A DNA stretch of 64,000 bases from an uncultured Gammaproteobacteria bacterium (GTDB taxonomy: Bacteria > Pseudomonadota > Gammaproteobacteria > DATFLG01): the NCBI GenBank assembly GCA_963830105.1, contig CAWHLH010000003.1, positions 323,931-387,930 on the forward strand. Reading direction: 5' to 3'. A program made the position numbers and the translations under genes. Position 1 is the stretch's first letter. Every line of letters starts with the position of its first letter. Of the stretch, positions 59,111-64,000 are shown in pieces. A model generated the notes under the pieces. That model saw only the letters and a program-made list of their open reading frames with translations, made no database searches and was not told where the DNA came from.

Positions 59111-59248
59111 TAGCACAAATAAGCCGTGCTTAAGGTTCCCCTCGGCAGCTGACTCGGGTACCCGGCCAACACCCGCCGCTCGCGCCGGATGCCGACCCCG
59201 ACCGCCCTCCTCCGTCAACGACACGGGACGTCCCGCGGAGGGCGCTCA

Positions 59249-60394
59249 TCAATCCGGCAGATTGCTCAGGATCGCCGCTTTCACGGCGCCCAGCTCGGCG
59301 TCGACGGTCTGCATCGCGCCGGCGCTCTGCTGGATAGCCGTATCGGGATCCTTCAGACCATGGCCGGTCAGGGTGCAGACCACGCTGCTGCCTTCGGGAA
59401 TCCGTCCGGACTGGATGTCCCGCAGCGCCCCCGCCAGGGAAGTGGCCGATGCCGGCTCGCAGAATACGCCCTCGGACCGGGCCAGCAGCTTCTGGGCGGC
59501 GAGAATCTCTTCATCGCTGCACTCGTCGAACCAGCCCCCGGACTCTTCCTTCACCTTCCACGCGTAGTCCCAGGACTGGGGGTGGCCGATGCGGATGGCG
59601 GTGGCGACGGTTTCCGGGTTGTCCACCATATGGCCGCGCAGGAAGGGGGCGCTGCCGGCCGCCTGGTAACCCACCATGGTGGGTCGGTTGCCGACCACGG
59701 CGCCGCCGGCATACATGCAATGTCCCTTGCAGAAAGCACAGGCACCGGTGACATGGTCTCCCGAGGCGGACGAGTACTCGCAATAGCCGATCCAGTGGGC
59801 GGTGATGTTGCCGGCATTGCCCACCGGCAGGCAGTGGTAGTCCGGCGCCCGCCCCAGCTCTTCGACGATTTCGAAGGCGGCCGTCTTCTGACCCTGCAAC
59901 CGGAACGGATTGATGGAATTGACGATGGTCACCGGCGCCTCTTCGGCCACTTCCTTGACCAGCTGCATACCGGCGTCGAAGTTGCCGCGGATCTGCAGCA
60001 CCACGGCACCGTGCATCATCGCCTGAGCCAGCTTGCCCAGGGCGATCTTGCCTTCGGGAATCAACACGAAGGCGGTGATCCCGGCGCGTGCCGCATAGGC
60101 GGCCGCCGACGCGGAGGTGTTGCCGGTGGAGGCACAGATCACCGCCCGGCTGCCCTCTTCGACAGCCTTGGTGACCGCCATGGTCATGCCCCGGTCCTTG
60201 AACGATCCGGTGGGGTTGAGGCCTTCGAACTTCACGTAGATGTCCACGTCCTTGCCCAGCCGGCGCGGTATGTTGTTCAGCCGGATCAGTGGCGTATTGC
60301 CTTCCCCGAGACTGATGATGCGCGTGTCATCGTGGACCGGCAGCCGGTCCCGGTATTTGTCGATCAGGCCGGTGTAGCGGGGTCGGAATGGCAT
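59249..60394 (-). CDS. thrC: Threonine synthase
   Basis: 381 aa. PLP-lysine motif ([16 protein letters not shown]) and Thr synthase family similarity throughout. Confidence 0.95.
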   Translation of the reverse strand: MPFRPRYTGLIDKYRDRLPVHDDTRIISLGEGNTPLIRLNNIPRRLGKDVDIYVKFEGLNPTGSFKDRGMTMAVTKAVEEGSRAVICASTGNTSASAAAYAARAGITAFVLIPEGKIALGKLAQAMMHGAVVLQIRGNFDAGMQLVKEVAEEAPVTIVNSINPFRLQGQKTAAFEIVEELGRAPDYHCLPVGNAGNITAHWIGYCEYSSASGDHVTGACAFCKGHCMYAGGAVVGNRPTMVGYQAAGSAPFLRGHMVDNPETVATAIRIGHPQSWDYAWKVKEESGGWFDECSDEEILAAQKLLARSEGVFCEPASATSLAGALRDIQSGRIPEGSSVVCTLTGHGLKDPDTAIQQSAGAMQTVDAELGAVKAAILSNLPD

Positions 60395-60483
60395 CGGACG
60401 GATTCCCTTTCTGAGGCTATATATAGATTAATATATCAGTGCATTAAAGCATGTATTTCATGCTTTGAATGCGGTTTTGGCGG

Positions 60484-61803
60484 TCAATTGCCGCTGAGCG
60501 GTTCCATGCGGATGCGGGTGATCGTACCCTGCACCGCGTCCAGCACCTCCATGCGGGCGATGGCCTGATTCATCTGCCGCTCCTTCACCGCCCGCGTAAG
60601 CAGGATGATGGGCACGTCGTTGGCACCGGGCGCCGGCTCTTTCTGGAGGATAGCCTCGATACTGATCTCCAACTCCCCGAGGATGCGGGTGATCTCGGCC
60701 AGTACGCCGGGCCTGTCGTCCACCTGCATGCGCAGGTAATACGCCGTCTCCACCTCGTCGATGGGCAGGATGGGCAGATCCGAAAGGGCGTCGGACTGGA
60801 AGGCGAGGTGCGGCACCCGGTTCCCGGGATCCACGGTCAGCGCACGCACCACGTCCACCAGGTCCGCCACCACCGAGGAGGCCGTTGGCTCGGCGCCGGC
60901 GCCGGGGCCGTAGTAGAGGGTCGGGCCGACCGCATCGCCCATCACCAGCACGGCGTTCATGACGCCGTCCACATTGGCAATCAGCCGCCGGTAGGGAATC
61001 AGCGTGGGGTGCACCCGCACTTCCACCCCTTCCGGGGTGTGCCGTGCCATGCCCAAGTGCTTGATGCGATAGCCGAGCTGGTCGGCATAGCTCACATCGT
61101 CGCGGGTGATATGACTGATCCCTTCGGTGTAGATCTTTTCGAACTGCAGAGGAATCCCGAAAGCGATGGAGGCCAGAATGGTCAACTTGTGGGCCGCATC
61201 GATGCCCTCCACGTCGAAGGTGGGGTCCGCCTCGGCGTAGCCGAGGCGCTGGGCCTCGTCCAGTACGTCCTCGAAGGTCCGGCCCTTGTCCCGCATCTCC
61301 GTGAGGATGAAGTTGCCGGTGCCGTTGATGATGCCCGCCAGCCATTCGATCTGGTTGCCGGTCAGCCCTTCGCGGATCGCCTTGATGATGGGCACCCCGC
61401 CGGCAACCGCCGCCTCGAAGGCCACCACCACCCCTTTTTCCTGGGCAGCGGCGAAAATCTCGTTGCCGTAGAGCGCGATCAGGTGCTTGTTGGCGGTAAC
61501 CACATGCTTGCCGTTTTCGATCGCGCGCATCACCAGCTCGCGGGCCGGTTCGGTCCCGCCGATCAGTTCCAAAATGATCTGCACGTCCGGCTGGTCCACC
61601 ACCGCGAAGGGGTCATCAGTCAGCTCGATGCCGCTGGTGTCGCAGATGCGCGAGCGTTCCAGGTCACGGGCCGCGGCGTGGGTCACATGGATCGCGCGCC
61701 CGGCCCGCCGGGTAATCTCCTCGGCGTTGCGGCGCAGCACGTTGATGGTGCCGCCACCGACGGTACCCACTCCCAGCAGACCCACCTTTACCGGCTTCAA
61801 CAA
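60484..61803 (-). CDS. hom: Homoserine dehydrogenase
   Basis: 439 aa. N-terminal NAD-binding GLLGVGTVGGG, catalytic domain, C-terminal ACT domain. Confidence 0.95.
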   Translation of the reverse strand: MLKPVKVGLLGVGTVGGGTINVLRRNAEEITRRAGRAIHVTHAAARDLERSRICDTSGIELTDDPFAVVDQPDVQIILELIGGTEPARELVMRAIENGKHVVTANKHLIALYGNEIFAAAQEKGVVVAFEAAVAGGVPIIKAIREGLTGNQIEWLAGIINGTGNFILTEMRDKGRTFEDVLDEAQRLGYAEADPTFDVEGIDAAHKLTILASIAFGIPLQFEKIYTEGISHITRDDVSYADQLGYRIKHLGMARHTPEGVEVRVHPTLIPYRRLIANVDGVMNAVLVMGDAVGPTLYYGPGAGAEPTASSVVADLVDVVRALTVDPGNRVPHLAFQSDALSDLPILPIDEVETAYYLRMQVDDRPGVLAEITRILGELEISIEAILQKEPAPGANDVPIILLTRAVKERQMNQAIARMEVLDAVQGTITRIRMEPLSGN

Positions 61804-61805
61804 GT

Positions 61806-63060
61806 CTATTCCCCCATCCCAGCAGCCTGTTTCTGATCCCGGCGGAACATGTCGCGGATACCGCGAATCGCCTGCCGGGTGCGGTGTTCGTTTTCGATCA
61901 GGCCGAACCGCACGTGGTCGTCACCGTAGGCGCCGAACCCGATACCCGGGGACACGGCCACCTTGGCGTCGGCCAGCAACTTCTTGGAGAACTCCAGGGA
62001 GCCCAGGTGACGGTAGGGCTCCGGAATCGGCGCCCACACGAACATGGTGGCCTTGGGCTTGTCCACCGCCCAGCCAATGGCGTTGAGCCCGTCGCACAAG
62101 GTATCACGGCGGCTGCGGTAGTTGGCCACGATGCTCGAAACGCAGTCCTGCGGTCCTTCCAGGGCGGTGATGGCAGCCACCTGAATCGGTGTGAACATGC
62201 CGTAATCCAGATAAGACTTCATGCGCGCCAGGGCCGCCACCAGGGTCTGATTCCCGCACATGAACCCCACCCGCCAGCCGGGCATGTTGTAGCTCTTGGA
62301 CAGGGAGTAGAACTCCACCGCCACATCGGTGGCGCCGGGCACCTGCAGGATCGACGGCGCGGTGTAACCATCGAACACCAGGTCGGCGTATGCCAGATCG
62401 TGCACCACCCAGATCTCGTTCTCCCGGGCGATGGCTATCACCTTCTCGAAGAACTCCAGATCCACGCACTGGGTGGTGGGATTGGCCGGAAAATTGAGCA
62501 CCAGCATCTTGGGACGCGGCCAGGAGTCCTTGATCGCCTTGTCCAGTTCGGCGAAGAAGTCCACGTCCGGCGTAAGCGGCACGTGGCGGATGTCGGCTCC
62601 CGCAATCACGAACCCGTAGGGATGGATCGGGTAGGCCGGGTTGGGCACCAGCACTGCGTCACCGGGACCCATGGTGGCCAGCGCCAGGTGCGCCAGCCCC
62701 TCCTTGGAGCCGATGGTCACGATAGCCTGGGTCTCGGGATCCAGCGTCACATCGTAACGGCGCTTGTACCACTGGCAGATGGCCCGGCGCAGGCGCGGAA
62801 TGCCCCGCGACAGGGAATAACGGTGGGTATCGTTGCGCTGGGCCGCTTCGACCAGCTTATCGACGATATGGGCCGGCGTCGGCTGATCCGGATTGCCCAT
62901 ACCGAAATCGATGATGTCCTCCCCGCGGGCACGGGCCTTGGCCTTCAACTCGTTGACGATATTGAAGACATAGGGAGGAAGACGTTTGATGCGTGGAAAT
63001 TCGTCGAACAAGTTGGCGATCGCCCATCTAGTAAGATCCAGACCGAAGGGCGGAACGCAT
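61806..63060 (-). CDS. PLP-dependent aminotransferase (AlaC-like alanine/glutamate-pyruvate transaminase)
   Basis: Strong similarity to AlaC-type aminotransferases ([17 protein letters not shown]...[13 protein letters not shown]...[15 protein letters not shown]). Start uncertain: possible GTG/TTG near 63040-63110 (GGAG 13 nt upstream of a GTG); the ORF track extends to 63197. Confidence 0.85.
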
Positions 63061-63332
63061 CCCGCCACCCGAGCCGCACGGTCCACGATAAAGGGAGGCT
63101 CCGGAACCAGTCCCTTCGAACCGACTGACCGGGACACCTCGCAGCCCCGGGAACACCGGCTGACCGGCGACCCAGACACCCCATCCGACCATGCCACCCT
63201 TGCGGGTTTACCGGCACCGCCCGACCCTTTATGGAATATGCAGGCTAAACCTCGAAACCTTACTGGGGGCGCGTTTTACTGTCAATTGGTGGCCGCTGTA
63301 CGGTCGCCGGATGATGGGCTATCTTACCCCAC

Positions 63333-63704
63333 ATGCGATTTGCCCAGGATACCGTCAGCGGCGCGAATATCGTTCGCGCCTACACCGAAGGCGAGCTCAC
63401 CATCAACCAGGAGGTGGTGCGCAGCAGCGTGGTGGTCATGCCCGAGCGCCTGATCCGGGACTGGGCGCCGGAATCAGTCGACGACCTGGAGGAAGACCAT
63501 GTGGCGGAACTGGCGGCGCTGGGGGTAGAGATCGTGCTGATCGGCACCGGTCGACATCAGCGCTTTCCCCCACTCCGGCTTATCGCGCCCCTGACGGCGC
63601 AAGGCATCGGTGTGGAGGTCATGGATACGGCCGCCGCCTGCCGGACCTACAACATCCTGTTGTCCGAGGATCGCAGCGTCGCCGCCGCTTTGTTCATGAT
63701 CTGA
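63333..63704 (+). CDS. Mth938-like domain protein (DUF498/NDUFAF3-like)
   Basis: 123 aa; sequence consistent with Mth938-like proteins (EVVRSSVVVMPE...VEIVLIGTG). Confidence 0.7.
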   Translation: MRFAQDTVSGANIVRAYTEGELTINQEVVRSSVVVMPERLIRDWAPESVDDLEEDHVAELAALGVEIVLIGTGRHQRFPPLRLIAPLTAQGIGVEVMDTAAACRTYNILLSEDRSVAAALFMI

Positions 63705-63719
63705 GCGGCGCCAGCTGAC

Positions 63720-64000
63720 TCACTTGAACAGCGAGTCGGGCGAGAACCCTTCGCTCTCCAGTATCTGCCGCAGCCGCCGCAGCGCGTCCATCTGGATCTG
63801 GCGCACACGCTCGCGGGTCACACCGATTTCGTTGCCCACCTCTTCCAGGGTGGAGATCTTGTGGCCGTGCAGCCCGAAGCGACGTTCCACCACCTCGCGC
63901 TGCTTGTCGTTGAGCTTGACCAGCCATTCCTCCAAGTTTGAGTAGACGTCATCATCCTGGAGCACTTCCGAAGGATCTGGATTGTTCTCGTCGGGAATCG
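63720..64000 (-). CDS. rpoS: RNA polymerase sigma factor RpoS (sigma-38), C-terminal part; gene continues beyond the window end
   Basis: Sigma-70 region 4 and C-terminus ([64 protein letters not shown]) closely parallel the E. coli RpoS C-terminus (...[44 protein letters not shown]). 5' end is outside the window. Confidence 0.75.
   Translation of the reverse strand, partial: [92 protein letters not shown]

Noticed and set aside
59227-59238. 12-bp perfect palindrome CGGGACGTCCCG just downstream of thrC, considered as terminator
   Set aside because: Too short with no loop and no T-tract. More likely a restriction-site-like palindrome than a transcription terminator.
63720-64000. Partial sigma factor gene alternatively considered as rpoD or rpoH
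   Set aside because: C-terminal residues match the RpoS tail pattern (…RERVRQIQ…LRRLR.IL…(L/F)FK/RE*) much better than RpoD (which continues with a longer tail) or RpoH. Still partial, so confidence kept moderate.

Overview
High-GC (roughly mid-60s %) bacterial chromosome segment. Gene content and operon architecture fit a gammaproteobacterial chemolithoautotrophic sulfur oxidiser, Thioalkalivibrio/Ectothiorhodospiraceae-like (inference from gene content only). All coordinates are approximate to about 1 nt, because at two places (around 34920 and 46545) my base counting on the printed sequence disagrees by 1 nt with the supplied ORF track, which I treat as authoritative.

Gene content by position:
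1. 1-5.1 kb: sulfur-trafficking cluster DsrE-like, TusA, SQR-like flavoprotein and a four-repeat DUF1641 protein, then a divergent TetR regulator and a third DsrE-like gene with a sigma70 promoter overlapped by a perfect inverted repeat, and a clear rho-independent terminator.
2. 5.1-9.5 kb: mfd and a secreted protein.
3. 9.5-19.2 kb (minus strand): mtnP, hpt, a third DsrE paralog, patatin, MscS, nagZ, and a peptide-type ABC importer (substrate-binding protein plus two permeases, no ATPase) with an embedded L,D-transpeptidase, then a CYTH protein.
4. 19.3-22.5 kb: quinone oxidoreductase, GGCT-like, DJ-1/PfpI and a PQQ-type sugar dehydrogenase.
5. 22.5-27.4 kb: visibly AT-richer islet with a SYLF-domain lipoprotein, a tiny two-TM membrane protein, a Crp/Fnr regulator and gene remnants (a DnaJ C-terminal fragment and a frameshifted cfa).
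6. 27.4-30.3 kb: cbbR divergent from an unusual class-II-aldolase/Dabb fusion gene.
7. 30.3-46.5 kb (minus strand): a complete alpha-carboxysome supraoperon cbbL-cbbS-csoS2-csoSCA-csoS4A-csoS4B-csoS1x3-bfr-like-PCD-like(acRAF)-mcdA-mcdB-dabB-[decayed dabA]-PII-like-csoS1D-NUDIX. Within it, dabA is broken into at least 5 frame/stop-disrupted pieces and csoS2 carries an N-terminal frame break.
8. 46.5-64 kb: a small ORF divergent from cbbL, ygfX/cptA-sdhE-sdhBADC, ygfZ, lysS, prfB (with the classic programmed +1 frameshift site), DUF488, recJ, a conserved hypothetical, thrC, hom, an AlaC-like aminotransferase, an Mth938-like gene and the 3' end of rpoS.

No tRNA, rRNA, CRISPR array, transposase or integrase was recognised.
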